DNA of 64,000 nucleotides from Gemmatimonadaceae bacterium (GCA_046714195.1 JBKKAY010000111.1:1632-65631), one strand, 5' to 3'. Numbered from the stretch's first letter, positions 1-10,016 are shown. Numbers and translations: made by a program. Notes: generated by a model not told the origin, from the letters alone.

Positions 1-2
1 CG

Positions 3-821
3 GCGCGACTGCTCCTCAACTCCAAGTCATCGCAGTTCCCCAACGGGCTCGCCAATTCCAGCGGCGTGGTGGGGAAATACCTGACCGACACCACCGGCAT
101 CAGCGTCTCGGGCTTCATCCCGAAGATGATGGACCACGTCGTCCATAACGAGGACGGCGCCGGCGGCGCGCACATCTACATGCCGTGGTGGATCGACAAC
201 AAGAAGCTGGATTTTCCCCGGGGGTATCACATCGAGGTGGGCGGCGGTGTGGACAACCCGCCCGGCTACGGGGTGATGGGCGGGATCCAGAACTACCCGT
301 CAGGCGGCGGATACGGCAAGAAGCTCAAGGACGATTACCGCCGCTACTACGGCGCGACCGTCGGGTTCGCGGGGCGGGGTGAGATGATCCCCAACGACCA
401 GAGTTACTGTGAGATCGATCCGGTGGTAAAGGACCGTTACGGAATCCCGGTGCTCCGTTTCCACTGGAAGTGGACCGATTACGAGCACAACCAGGTTCGG
501 CACATGCACCAGACTTTTCGCGCGCTGGTGGAAGAGATGGGCGGCCAGGTCTTCTCATCCATGCCGACGGTGGACACCGGTTACGGAATTGCCAAGGGCG
601 GCGAGATCATCCACGAGCTGGGAACGATCCGGATGGGCAACGATCCTTCGAAGTCGGCGCTCGACAGCAACTGCAGGGCGCACGATGTGAAAAATCTTTT
701 CGTCACGGACGGCGGTCCGTTCGTGTCGCAGGCCGACAAGAATCCAACCTGGACGATCATGGCGCTCTCGATGCGAACGAGCGAATACATCGCAGCTGAA
801 AGAAGACGAGGCGCGCTATGA
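3..821 (+). CDS. GMC family FAD oxidoreductase, C-terminal part (5' end lies outside window)
   Basis: Frame is open from the window edge (ARLLLNS...NGLANSSGVVGKYL). GMC C-terminal motifs: IIHELGTIRMG, NLFVTDG, KNPTWTIMALS. Confidence 0.92.
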   Translation, partial: ARLLLNSKSSQFPNGLANSSGVVGKYLTDTTGISVSGFIPKMMDHVVHNEDGAGGAHIYMPWWIDNKKLDFPRGYHIEVGGGVDNPPGYGVMGGIQNYPSGGGYGKKLKDDYRRYYGATVGFAGRGEMIPNDQSYCEIDPVVKDRYGIPVLRFHWKWTDYEHNQVRHMHQTFRALVEEMGGQVFSSMPTVDTGYGIAKGGEIIHELGTIRMGNDPSKSALDSNCRAHDVKNLFVTDGGPFVSQADKNPTWTIMALSMRTSEYIAAERRRGAL

Positions 822-1510
822 GCAACATCGACCAAATGGACGACTTCGCAAAGGAGCTTGAACGGACGCCCAATGGAATGAGCCGCCGCGAAGCGGTTCA
901 GCTCTTGGGCGTACTTCCATTTGCGACCGTCTTCAGTCTTTCCGCCGTCGACCAGGAACGGGCGCAGCTGTTCGTGGACTCCGCGATGGAAGCAGGGTTG
1001 GGCTTCGCCCCCACGTTCTTCACCGCGGCCGAGTTTCGAACGGTGCGGATCCTCGGCGACATGATGATTCCGCGCGACGCGCGTTCCGGGAGCGCCAGCG
1101 ACGCCGGCGTGCCCGAGTTCATGGACTTCTGGATGACGGACCGGCCCGGCGATCAGGCGTGGATGCGCTCCGGCCTGGCGTGGCTCGACGCCCAGGGCCA
1201 GTCGCGCTTCTCGAAATCCTTTGCCGATGCGTCCGAGACGGAGCGGCAGAATGTCCTGGACGACATCGCCTGGCCCGCTCGCGCCCCACAGTCGCTCGCA
1301 GCTGGCGTGGCCTTCTTCAACAGCTTTCGCGACCTCACCGCCAGCGGATTCTGGTCGAGCCGCATCGGAGTGCGAGACCTGCGCTATGTCGGGAACAAGT
1401 TCGTGCCGGTGTGGAACGGCTGCCCTAAGGCGGCGCTCGACAAGCTCGGAGTCTCCTACGCCAAGTTCGACGCAAAGGATCTCAAGCTGACTCCACCGGG
1501 CACTCAATGA
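818..1510 (+). CDS. Gluconate 2-dehydrogenase subunit 3 family protein (Tat-like twin-arginine leader)
   Basis: SRREAVQ leader, IPRD..SGSASDAGVPEFMD and GFWSS..G...L.YVGN motifs. ATGA overlap with the GMC gene. Confidence 0.85.
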   Translation: MSNIDQMDDFAKELERTPNGMSRREAVQLLGVLPFATVFSLSAVDQERAQLFVDSAMEAGLGFAPTFFTAAEFRTVRILGDMMIPRDARSGSASDAGVPEFMDFWMTDRPGDQAWMRSGLAWLDAQGQSRFSKSFADASETERQNVLDDIAWPARAPQSLAAGVAFFNSFRDLTASGFWSSRIGVRDLRYVGNKFVPVWNGCPKAALDKLGVSYAKFDAKDLKLTPPGTQ

Positions 1511-1523
1511 CATCGGAGCGCGC

Positions 1524-2765
1524 GTGAGCAGCGATCGGCTCGGGGTCGGATTCGTCGGAAGCGGCTTCAATGCCCGGTTCCACATCCAGTCCTTCATTGG
1601 CATCCGCGACGCCGATGTGGTCGGGATCTGGAGCCCCAACCAGAAGAACGCGGCGGCCACCGCGGCGATGGCGCGCGACTTGGACGTCGGCGACGCGCGC
1701 GCTTTCAAGTCCATCCGCGAGATGGTCGCCGATCCGGCGATCGATGCGCTGTGGCTGTGTGGGCCGAACCACGCGCGGATCGCCAACATCGAAGAGATTG
1801 TAGCGGCCATCAAGGATGGCGCCGGAAGTCTTCGCGGGATCGCGTGCGAAAAGCCGCTGGCGCGTAACGTCGCGGAAGCGAAGAAAGTCTTAGGCCTAGC
1901 GAAGAGTGTCGGCCTCAACACCGGCTACCTCGAGAACCAGCTCTTCGCACCGGAAATCACAAGGGGAAGGGAGCTGATCTGGGCGCGCGGCGCCGCTCTG
2001 ACCGGACGGCCTTATCTCGCGCGCGCGGCGGAGGAACACAGCGGGCCGCACATGCCCTGGTTCTGGCAGGGCAAGCTGCAGGGCGGAGGAGTTCTCAACG
2101 ACATGATGTGTCATTCCGTCGAGGTAGTGCGACACCTCCTCACCGAGCCCGGCCAGCCGCGCTCGTCGATCAGGCCGAAACGAATCACCGGGCACATCGC
2201 CTCGCTCAAGTGGTCCCGACCCGCTTACGCCAAGCGCCTGTCCGAGACCATGGGCAAGGACGTCGATTACACCAGGACCCCTTCCGAGGATTTCGCCCGC
2301 GCGACAATCGAGTACGAAGCGGATTCCGGTGAGACGCTGATCGGCGAGGTGACTACGTCGTGGAGCTTCGTCGGCGCGGGACTGCGTTTGTCGGCGGAGC
2401 TGCTGGGTCCCGAGTACTCGATGTCGTGGAATACTCTCGACACCGGTCTCAAGCTTTTCTTCAGCCGCGAGGTGAAGGGCGCCACCGGGGAGGACCTGGT
2501 CGAGAAGCAGAATGCAGAGATGGGGTCGATGCCGGTGGTTGCGGACGAGCCCGAGGCCTACGGGTACACGGCGGAGAACCGGCATTTTGCGCGCGCTTTT
2601 CTGAGCGGTGAGAAACCAATGCTGAACTTCGAGGACGGAGTGCAAGTGATGGAGATCCTAATGGCCGCCTACATGAGCGCGGAACAAGGCCGGACCCTGG
2701 ACTTCCCTCCCGGCGGCCTCGATGCCTTTGTCCCGGCGGTTGGGAAGGGGACCTGGAAGCCCTGA
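1524..2765 (+). CDS. Gfo/Idh/MocA family NAD(P)-dependent oxidoreductase
   Basis: N-terminal Rossmann GFVGSGFNA, CEKPLA motif, GGGVLNDMMCH. Confidence 0.9.
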   Translation: MSSDRLGVGFVGSGFNARFHIQSFIGIRDADVVGIWSPNQKNAAATAAMARDLDVGDARAFKSIREMVADPAIDALWLCGPNHARIANIEEIVAAIKDGAGSLRGIACEKPLARNVAEAKKVLGLAKSVGLNTGYLENQLFAPEITRGRELIWARGAALTGRPYLARAAEEHSGPHMPWFWQGKLQGGGVLNDMMCHSVEVVRHLLTEPGQPRSSIRPKRITGHIASLKWSRPAYAKRLSETMGKDVDYTRTPSEDFARATIEYEADSGETLIGEVTTSWSFVGAGLRLSAELLGPEYSMSWNTLDTGLKLFFSREVKGATGEDLVEKQNAEMGSMPVVADEPEAYGYTAENRHFARAFLSGEKPMLNFEDGVQVMEILMAAYMSAEQGRTLDFPPGGLDAFVPAVGKGTWKP

Positions 2766-2814
2766 CTGGCGCGCCCGCCGGAGTTAACCCATGTTTTCCG
2801 AGGGTCAACGCTGT

Positions 2815-2830
2815 TGGCATATCCAATGCT
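2815..2830 (+). promoter_or_regulatory. Putative sigma54 (-24/-12) promoter
   Basis: TGGCATATCCAATGCT has GG-N10-GC spacing and is close to TGGCACG-N4-TTGCW; it lies about 35 bp before ATG 2865. Confidence 0.55.
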
Positions 2831-2864
2831 ACTGATGAGGTTGACACCGTTCGGGGATAGGAAA

Positions 2865-3182
2865 ATGGGAATCGTTCGTCTGATCACCACCTCAGCACTA
2901 ATCACTCTGATGGCCGCTTGCGCCAGCAAGCCCTCGCATGCCACCCGAGCTCAGCAGCCGGCCCCAGCGCCGGTGACCGTTGGCGTCGCGAGCGAAGTCC
3001 CACTGCTGTACGTCGTAGACGGTGTAACCCAGCCCCTCGATCGAATTCCCAACGTCCACCCGGACCAGGTTGCCTCCGTCCGAGTCCTCAAAGGCCGCAC
3101 GGCTCTCCTCAGGTACGGACCCGACGCGTCGTATGGAGTAGTGATCATCACGACAAAGAGAGTGGCCGCTCACAGCACCTGA
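2865..3182 (+). CDS. Small lipoprotein carrying a stand-alone SusC/TonB-dependent receptor plug-like domain
   Basis: Lipobox LMAAC; plug signature PLLYVVDG...VASVRVLKG..A...YG..ASYGVVIITTK. Stop follows immediately, with no barrel. Start moved to ATG 2865 after AGGA. Confidence 0.75.
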   Translation: MGIVRLITTSALITLMAACASKPSHATRAQQPAPAPVTVGVASEVPLLYVVDGVTQPLDRIPNVHPDQVASVRVLKGRTALLRYGPDASYGVVIITTKRVAAHST

Positions 3183-3213
3183 TACGAGCGATTGATTCAG
3201 GAATGATGGTCCT

Positions 3214-3238
3214 AAGGCGTCCACTGGACGCCTTTTTT
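3214..3238 (+). terminator. Rho-independent terminator
   Basis: AAGGCGTCC-ACT-GGACGCCTT stem followed by a T tract. Confidence 0.8.
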
Positions 3239-3255
3239 GCGTAGATTCTTCGTCC

Positions 3256-6075
3256 ATGACTCATCCATTCGAGCGCCCAGCCCAGGCGTCGCTGCCCCCC
3301 ATGCCGCCCGGCGCGCGGCGCCTGATCCTCATCCTCGCCGCTGCGTTTTTCGTAGCGATGATCGTTCTTCCCTGGCTCGCCGGCTTCGCAACCGACTGGC
3401 TGTGGTTCCAGGAAATAGGGTACGAGACGGTGTTCAGCACGTCGCTCGTCTGGCGTGTGATGCTGTTCGTGATCGGCGGACTGGTCGCCTTTGCGGTCTT
3501 CTACGGCAACGTCAGGCTCGCCCGCGGACCAGAGAAGACTTTTCCCGTGCTCTATGTGAATCGCGGGGATGGCGTCTCGATCGACGTCTCGAGGATGTTC
3601 ACCAAGGTGTTCTTCCCGGCGGCGATGGTGCTGTCATTTCTCAGCGCCGTCACGGTATCCGCGCTCTGGATGACATTCCTGAAGGCGTTGAACGCGGTGA
3701 CGGTCGGCTCAACGGATCCTCTGTTCGGAAGGGATCTCGGGTTCTACATGTTCAAGCTCCCGGCAATCTCAGCCGTGCTCAACACTTTTGTCACGCTCGT
3801 CCTGCTGGCGCTCGTTGCGGCGGCGGCGTTGTACTGGATGCGGAACGAGATCACGCTCCCGCCCAAGCGGGCGACGGCGACACCGCGTGCGGCGCGACAT
3901 CTGGGTGGGTTGCTCGCGATCCTGTTCATCCTGGTGGCCGTCCGGCTGTGGATCGTCGGAAGCTCGAACCTTCTCTACTCGACCACGGGTCCGCTCACGG
4001 GCGCCAGCTACACTGACGTGCACGTCACGCTGCGCGGTATCTATATCTCCGCCATCGTCGCCGTGCTCGCCGCGGTGTGGATCGTAGTTGGAATCGTGCG
4101 CGATCGACTTGCCCAGGCCGCCATTACGGCGATCGTCCTCTACATCGCGGTGAGCGCGGTCACGCGCGGGCTGGTGCCGGCAGCTTTCCAGAAGCTCGTC
4201 GTCTCCGCCAACGAGCTGACGCGCGAGGCGCCGTACCTGCGCCACCATATCGCCGCCACCAGGAAGGCGTGGGGTCTCGATAGCGTCGAGGCGCGCGACT
4301 TGTCCGGCGAAGCTACGCTCACCCGCGCCGACGTGGCCGCCAACGCCGCGACCGTCGAGAACGTCCGCCTCTGGGAGCGCGAGCTGCTCAAGCAGACCTT
4401 CGGACAGCTCCAGGAAATCCGTACCTACTACGATTTCGTCAACGTCGACGACGATCGCTACATGATCGAGGGCAAATACCGCCAGGTTCATCTTGCCGCG
4501 CGTGAGCTGAACAACCAGTCCCTGCCCACCAGAACGTTTATCAACGAGCGCCTGACGTTCACGCACGGCATGGGAATAACGATGGCTCCCGTCAACCAGG
4601 TGACACAGGAAGGGTTGCCGGTTCTCTTCGTCAAGGATCTGCCGCCGGTATCCACCGTCTCGCTCAAGCTGACCCGGCCACAGATCTATTACGGCGAGCT
4701 GACGAACAGCTATGTGTTCGTCGGCACAGGTCAGCGGGAATTCGACTATCCCGCCGGTGCAACGAACAACTACACCAACTATACCGGAAAGGGCGGCGTT
4801 GCCCTCGGGTCGTTCGTCCGCCGTGTGCTGTACGCCTGGCAGCTCGGCTCGCTCAAAATCGTGCTCTCGGATGACATCGCCGGCAACGCGCGAATTCTCT
4901 ACAGACGCAACGTGATGGAGCGGGCCACATCAGCGATGCCTTTCCTGGATTTCGACAGGGATCCATACCTGGTGCTCGACGACGCGGGCCAGCTTAAGTG
5001 GATACTCGACGCGTACACGACGAGCAGTGCCTACCCATACGCACAGCGCACCGCAAACGGCACGTCCTACATGCGCAACAGTGTCAAAGTCGTGATCGAT
5101 GCTTACGACGGCACTGTCGAGGCGTACATCGCCGACCCACGAGACCCGGTGGTCAGGACATACGCCCAGATTTTCGAAGGGATCTTCAAGCCGCTCAGCG
5201 CGATGCCGGCTGACCTGAGGCGGCACGTCAGGTATCCGGCCGACCTTTTCCGTATCCAGACCATGCTGCACACCACCTATCACATGGTCGAGCCGGAAAC
5301 GTTCTACCACCGCGAGGACCAGTGGCAGATTCCGCGCACACAGGACCAGCAGGCGAGCGAGAACCCATTCATGCGGCATATGATCATGCGCCTGCCCGGG
5401 GAAGAGACCGCGGAGTACATCTTCATGACTCCGTTCACTCCGCGCGGGAAAGACAACCTCGCCGCCTGGATGGTCGCGCGCATGGACGGGGACAACTATG
5501 GGAAGCTCTCGGTATATCAGTTTCCCAAGCAGAGCCTGGTGTATGGTCCTATGCAGATCACCAACCGCATCAACCAGGACACCGAAATCGCGAGACAGAT
5601 CACGCTATGGTCCCAGAGCGGATCGCGGGTCATTCGCGGCGAGCTCCTCGTCATTCCGATCGAGGAGTCTCTGATCTACGTACAGCCCATATACCTTCGC
5701 GCCGAAGGCGGATCGATTCCCGAGCTGAAGCGCGTGGTGGTCGCTCACCAGGGCCGCGTGGTGATGGCGGAGACCCTGGAGGAAGGACTGAACACCGTGT
5801 TCGGAAGTGGCGCAGCAGGAGCAGCGAGGCGCGCAGCGACCGACACGGTTCGCGGTGCGGCGGTCGCACCCGCGGCGGCGCCGGTTGCCGCTCCACCGCC
5901 TGGCGCGGTTCCGGGAACGGTGAACGCCGAGCTCCTTCGCGAGGCGCAGCAACACTACGAGCGCGCGCTGGCGGCGCAGCGAGCGGGGAACTGGGCGGAG
6001 TACGGCCGGGAAATCGAGCAGCTCGGCGCGACGCTGAGAAGGCTCCGCGGGGGGGCTGGGGGCGGTGGGCAGTAG
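3256..6075 (+). CDS. UPF0182 family membrane protein
   Basis: 939 aa. TDWLWFQEIGY, DPLFGRDLGFYMF, NVRLW, QLQEIRTYYDF, DDDRY and YMRNSVKVVIDAYDG motifs; multiple N-terminal TM helices. Confidence 0.93.
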   Translation: MTHPFERPAQASLPPMPPGARRLILILAAAFFVAMIVLPWLAGFATDWLWFQEIGYETVFSTSLVWRVMLFVIGGLVAFAVFYGNVRLARGPEKTFPVLYVNRGDGVSIDVSRMFTKVFFPAAMVLSFLSAVTVSALWMTFLKALNAVTVGSTDPLFGRDLGFYMFKLPAISAVLNTFVTLVLLALVAAAALYWMRNEITLPPKRATATPRAARHLGGLLAILFILVAVRLWIVGSSNLLYSTTGPLTGASYTDVHVTLRGIYISAIVAVLAAVWIVVGIVRDRLAQAAITAIVLYIAVSAVTRGLVPAAFQKLVVSANELTREAPYLRHHIAATRKAWGLDSVEARDLSGEATLTRADVAANAATVENVRLWERELLKQTFGQLQEIRTYYDFVNVDDDRYMIEGKYRQVHLAARELNNQSLPTRTFINERLTFTHGMGITMAPVNQVTQEGLPVLFVKDLPPVSTVSLKLTRPQIYYGELTNSYVFVGTGQREFDYPAGATNNYTNYTGKGGVALGSFVRRVLYAWQLGSLKIVLSDDIAGNARILYRRNVMERATSAMPFLDFDRDPYLVLDDAGQLKWILDAYTTSSAYPYAQRTANGTSYMRNSVKVVIDAYDGTVEAYIADPRDPVVRTYAQIFEGIFKPLSAMPADLRRHVRYPADLFRIQTMLHTTYHMVEPETFYHREDQWQIPRTQDQQASENPFMRHMIMRLPGEETAEYIFMTPFTPRGKDNLAAWMVARMDGDNYGKLSVYQFPKQSLVYGPMQITNRINQDTEIARQITLWSQSGSRVIRGELLVIPIEESLIYVQPIYLRAEGGSIPELKRVVVAHQGRVVMAETLEEGLNTVFGSGAAGAARRAATDTVRGAAVAPAAAPVAAPPPGAVPGTVNAELLREAQQHYERALAAQRAGNWAEYGREIEQLGATLRRLRGGAGGGGQ

Positions 6076-6079
6076 CCGG

Positions 6080-6856
6080 CTAGGTCGAGCGCTTCAGAAA
6101 GTCCTGTACGGCTTTTCTGTAGCTTCGGCCGGTGGTGATCCGTTTTCCGTTCCGCAGCACGAGTAGCTGATCGCCCTGGTCGAACGGCTGCGCCTCGCGC
6201 ACCTGCGATGTGTTGACGATGGTCGAGCGGTGGACGCGCAGGAAGCGGTCGTGTGGCAGACGGGCCTCCAGGTGGCTGAGCGGCTCGCGCACATCGTAGG
6301 CTCCTTCCGCCAGGTGTATCCGCGCGAGATCATCGCGCGCCTGAATCCAGTAGATCTCGTCCGGGTCGAGAAAAAGAATCCGTCCGTTGACTTTGACGCC
6401 GATGCGGTTGGACGACGCTTCCCGCTGAGTGAGCTGGCGCAACAGGACGTCGAGCTGGCCGGCGATGCCCGTGCCGGGAGATTGACTCAACCGGTTCCGT
6501 GCGCGGTCGAGAGTGTGATGAAAGCGGACGTGATCTACCGGCTTCATTAGATAGTCGAACGCCCCGAACTCGAATGCCGCGACGGCGTAGTCATCGAATG
6601 CGGTGACGAAGATCACGGGCGGCATCTTGTCGGTTCCGACTTCGGAGATGACATCGAAGCCGTCGAGCTCCGGCATCTGAACGTCCAGAAAAACGAGATC
6701 GGGGCGCTGCTCCCGAATCGATGCCACCGCCTCGAGGCCATTCTCGCATTCGCCCACGACTTGAACGTCGGGCACTCTCGCCAGCAGAGTGCAGAGACGC
6801 TGTCGCGCGAGGGCCTCGTCGTCTACGACCAGAACGCGGAGTGTTGCCGGGATCAA
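6080..6856 (-). CDS. LytTR family DNA-binding response regulator
   Basis: REC domain (VVDDE, FLDVQMP, TAFD, KP) plus LytTR FLRVHRSTIVN. Confidence 0.93.
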   Translation of the reverse strand: MIPATLRVLVVDDEALARQRLCTLLARVPDVQVVGECENGLEAVASIREQRPDLVFLDVQMPELDGFDVISEVGTDKMPPVIFVTAFDDYAVAAFEFGAFDYLMKPVDHVRFHHTLDRARNRLSQSPGTGIAGQLDVLLRQLTQREASSNRIGVKVNGRILFLDPDEIYWIQARDDLARIHLAEGAYDVREPLSHLEARLPHDRFLRVHRSTIVNTSQVREAQPFDQGDQLLVLRNGKRITTGRSYRKAVQDFLKRST

Positions 6857-8190
6857 CGCGGCTCCGCGGAGACCAGAGCTTCCGGCCCGCCCGGAATTCC
6901 GGACGCGGCTGTGGGTGCCGCTGGACCCAGCTTGAACGGAATCGTTACACGCACGGCGTATCCACCCTCGGGGCGCGGACCGGTTTCGAACTCATGACTG
7001 TCACCGTAAAGATGGTTGAGTCGGGTGCTGGTGTTGGTGAGGCCGAGCCCGGTGCCGCGCGACCGCTCGCGTGACCGGCGGGCCCTGACACCCACGCCAT
7101 CGTCGAGAACGGAGATCGACAGCCGATCGCCGACCCGGCGCGCCGTCACCAGAACGTAGCCGGCGCCGGCCCGAGGCCCGATTCCGTGCCGGATGGCGTT
7201 CTCGACCAGGGGCTGTAGCAGCAGACTGGGCACCAATGCGGCGCGCACGCCATCCTCGATGTTGCAGCTCACGGTGAGACGATCCTGAAAGCGCACACGC
7301 TGGATTGCCACGTAACGGTCGAGCAAACCCAGCTCGCGCTCGAGGGGCACCTCCTGCTCGGTGGATGTCGTGAGGACGAGGCGCAGGAAGTCGCTCAGCT
7401 CGGACACCATGCGCTCCGCCGCCGCCGGATTGCTCCCGATCAGAGCCATGGCGCTGTTCAGAGCATTGAACAGAAAATGTGGGTTGAGCTGGAGCTTGAG
7501 GGTGTCGAGCTCCGACTGCACGAGCCGAGTCACTACTCGCTGTCGCTCGGCGGATTCCTTGCTCGCTTCGTGTACGAGGTGCTCGACCCAGGAAGTCGCG
7601 TAGGTGGCGACGAAGCCGAACACGGCGAGGATGATGATCTTCGCCGCTTCATCGAGCGGAGTAATGCGCGCCAGCGCCACGGCGTCGATCGGGTCGACGG
7701 CCAGCGGAACCTGATTGGTGCCCCACAGCCAGAGCAGGATCGCCGCGTACTCGACGATGGCGAGCACGGAGATGAATGCGGCCTTGCGCACCGATGACGC
7801 TACCGGCCTGCCGGCCAGAATCACGAAGTACATGAGAAAGATCGGCGAGCGCAGCGCCAGCACTCCCGACTGCGCGACCGCATAGCCGCCGATGATGGCG
7901 GTGACGGCGGTGACGTCGACGATGGGATTCACCGCCGACAGCCAGTCCGGAAGCTCCGGACGGCGGTACCACACCAGGTACTGCGCCACGGTCCACAAGA
8001 GCGTCGGCCCGAGGACCAATACGTTGACGAGGTTGAGAGAGGCCGGCAGGTGCGGCGCGTACATCAGCGCGGCGGCTGTGAGAAGGAAAACGACCGCTGC
8101 CCGCACGCCATTGAGAATTCGTTCCGCGCGGTCGCGACGGAAACGGAGGCTGGCCGGTGGCGGCGAGGCGGCGGGTGAGAACAGCGGCAT
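6853..8190 (-). CDS. LytS/YehU-type membrane sensor histidine kinase
   Basis: QLNPHFLFNALN H-box, QPLVENAIRHG, DDGVG, GTGLGL; several N-terminal TM helices. Start uncertain (ATG 8190 preferred over the ORF-track start at 8292). Confidence 0.9.
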   Translation of the reverse strand: MPLFSPAASPPPASLRFRRDRAERILNGVRAAVVFLLTAAALMYAPHLPASLNLVNVLVLGPTLLWTVAQYLVWYRRPELPDWLSAVNPIVDVTAVTAIIGGYAVAQSGVLALRSPIFLMYFVILAGRPVASSVRKAAFISVLAIVEYAAILLWLWGTNQVPLAVDPIDAVALARITPLDEAAKIIILAVFGFVATYATSWVEHLVHEASKESAERQRVVTRLVQSELDTLKLQLNPHFLFNALNSAMALIGSNPAAAERMVSELSDFLRLVLTTSTEQEVPLERELGLLDRYVAIQRVRFQDRLTVSCNIEDGVRAALVPSLLLQPLVENAIRHGIGPRAGAGYVLVTARRVGDRLSISVLDDGVGVRARRSRERSRGTGLGLTNTSTRLNHLYGDSHEFETGPRPEGGYAVRVTIPFKLGPAAPTAASGIPGGPEALVSAEPR

Positions 8191-8373
8191 CGATTGAATT
8201 TGTCTGGAGCGGCTTGGCTGGGATAGCAGGCCGACGAGGTACCTGCTATCCCCGGCACCGACTGGCGGCGCCGTTGCCATCCCACTTGTCACGGAAACCT
8301 ACCGCTCGTTCGCGTGCCGCGATGAGGCAAGAGCTGGCCAACGCATATCACGACCGGGTGGGCCACGTCCGGC

Positions 8374-9042
8374 TCACGGTGAACGGAAATCAGCCACCGC
8401 TTGCACGAAGCCCGCGAGCTTTCGCTCATCGAGAGCGCCGGCGGTCCGGACACCGCTGCAGACGTCGACACCGAATGGCCCGACCTGCGCGATCGCGGCG
8501 CCGACGTTGGCCGCATTGAGCCCGCCGGCGAGCCAGACCGGAACCGCTACCGCTTCCCGGAGAGCGCGGCTGATGGCCCAGTCGTGCGCGCGGCCGGTGC
8601 CACCCAGCTCCTTTATGGCCAGGGTCGGATTGCCTGAATCGAGAAGAATTGCATCGACATCCGGCGCGGCCAGAACGGCTTGGGCGATCGCGCCTTCGCC
8701 CTGAACATGGATCACTTGTACGATCGAAATCCCCGGGAGCGCGTCCCGGATCGCCGAAGGGACCCCGGGCTCGACTTCGTCCACCAGCTGAATGGTGGTC
8801 GCTCCCGAGCGGCGCAGCTGTGAGATGATGCGCTCCGACGTCGTCTCGGAGGTGAGCAGAAATGTTTCAATGCCCGGCGGGACGGTGGATGCGATCTCCG
8901 CGATCCTCTCGTCGGAGATCGGGCCCGGGCCGCTCGGCATGCGCGACACCAGCCCGACCGCATCGGCACCGGCCGCGATGGCGATCGTCGCCTCCGCCGG
9001 GGACTGCATGCAGCAGATTTTTACGCGGACGCGAGGGAACAT
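8374..9042 (-). CDS. trpF: Phosphoribosylanthranilate isomerase
   Basis: VKICC, GADAVGL, LLDS..GGTGRAHDW, LAGGL...NV and GVDVCSGV motifs. Start trimmed to MFPRVRVK. Confidence 0.85.
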   Translation of the reverse strand: MFPRVRVKICCMQSPAEATIAIAAGADAVGLVSRMPSGPGPISDERIAEIASTVPPGIETFLLTSETTSERIISQLRRSGATTIQLVDEVEPGVPSAIRDALPGISIVQVIHVQGEGAIAQAVLAAPDVDAILLDSGNPTLAIKELGGTGRAHDWAISRALREAVAVPVWLAGGLNAANVGAAIAQVGPFGVDVCSGVRTAGALDERKLAGFVQAVADFRSP

Positions 9043-9165
9043 ATCGATGGACAAGGATGTTAAATGTACGACTCTTGCGACCATGGCTTCACAAGCCGAA
9101 GGAAACCAATGCGCCGCGCGTTTCCGGCGGCAACCGCTCTCAAACCAGTTACGCGCGAGGCATTC

Positions 9166-9624
9166 ATGTTCACGAAACGAGTAAGGCGATTTCTAAGTGT
9201 TGCCGCGATGGCGCCGTTGTTTCTCACCGCATGCGACAGCAATCCGTTCGATCCCGACGACGAGACAGGCACTTATCAGCTCACCTTCTACGACGGAGCG
9301 TCGGTTCCAGTGACGTTCAACTGTCAGCCCGGAGACTGCGGCCTGCCCAATGGCGGCACTCTCAGAGTCAACAGTGGAACTCTGCGGCTTCGTTCCGATG
9401 GGACGTTTACGGAGACCAACAGCTTCACCGAGAGGGAAACGGGCTCGTCGTCGTCGGATAACTACACTCTGACCTGGAACGGCACCTACGACTACGATGG
9501 ATTCAACCTCACGCTTTTCGCTCCGGCGCAGAACAATCCGGGGGCGCGCTTCGTCGATGCCACGCTGGAATTCGACACCATCGCCTACACGGAAAACGGA
9601 GAATTCTACCAGTACGAGCGGTAG
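9166..9624 (+). CDS. Hypothetical lipoprotein (beta-rich, lipocalin-like)
   Basis: GAGG RBS, lipobox LTAC, GTYQL...GTF..GTY beta-strand pattern; has its own terminator. Confidence 0.65.
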   Translation: MFTKRVRRFLSVAAMAPLFLTACDSNPFDPDDETGTYQLTFYDGASVPVTFNCQPGDCGLPNGGTLRVNSGTLRLRSDGTFTETNSFTERETGSSSSDNYTLTWNGTYDYDGFNLTLFAPAQNNPGARFVDATLEFDTIAYTENGEFYQYER

Positions 9625-9643
9625 CTGATCCGTGTGATGGAAC

Positions 9644-9674
9644 AGGGAGCGCTCTATTGGGGGCGCTCCCTTTT
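9644..9674 (+). terminator. Rho-independent terminator
   Basis: AGGGAGCGCTC...GGGCGCTCCCT stem followed by TTT. Confidence 0.75.
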
Positions 9675-9755
9675 CGTTATGGTATCACTAGCCGGTGAGC
9701 TCGACACGTTATCGCAAACTGGCCGTAAGGCTCCACAATCTCGCAGGGGGGCACA

Positions 9756-10016
9756 ATGAGTTTTCTGGCCTGGGTTGTGGTTGGTCTCATCGCCGGCGTT
9801 CTCGCGTCGCTCGTCATGGGCGGGACGGGTTACGGGATCATCGGCGACATCGTGATCGGGATCGTCGGGGCGTTCATCGGTGGCTGGCTGTTCAGCACAC
9901 TGGGAATCGCGACCCCGTTCGGGGGCATGGGCGGGACGGTCTTCGTCGCATTCATCGGGGCCGTGGTGCTGCTACTCGTCCTCCGTCTGTTACGAAGAGG
10001 TAGCACAAGGCTCTGA
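9756..10016 (+). CDS. GlsB/YeaQ/YmgE (transglycosylase-associated) stress membrane protein
   Basis: 86 aa Gly-rich hydrophobic protein: WVVVGLIAGVLA...GIVGAFIGGWL...AFIGAVVLL. Confidence 0.9.
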   Translation: MSFLAWVVVGLIAGVLASLVMGGTGYGIIGDIVIGIVGAFIGGWLFSTLGIATPFGGMGGTVFVAFIGAVVLLLVLRLLRRGSTRL

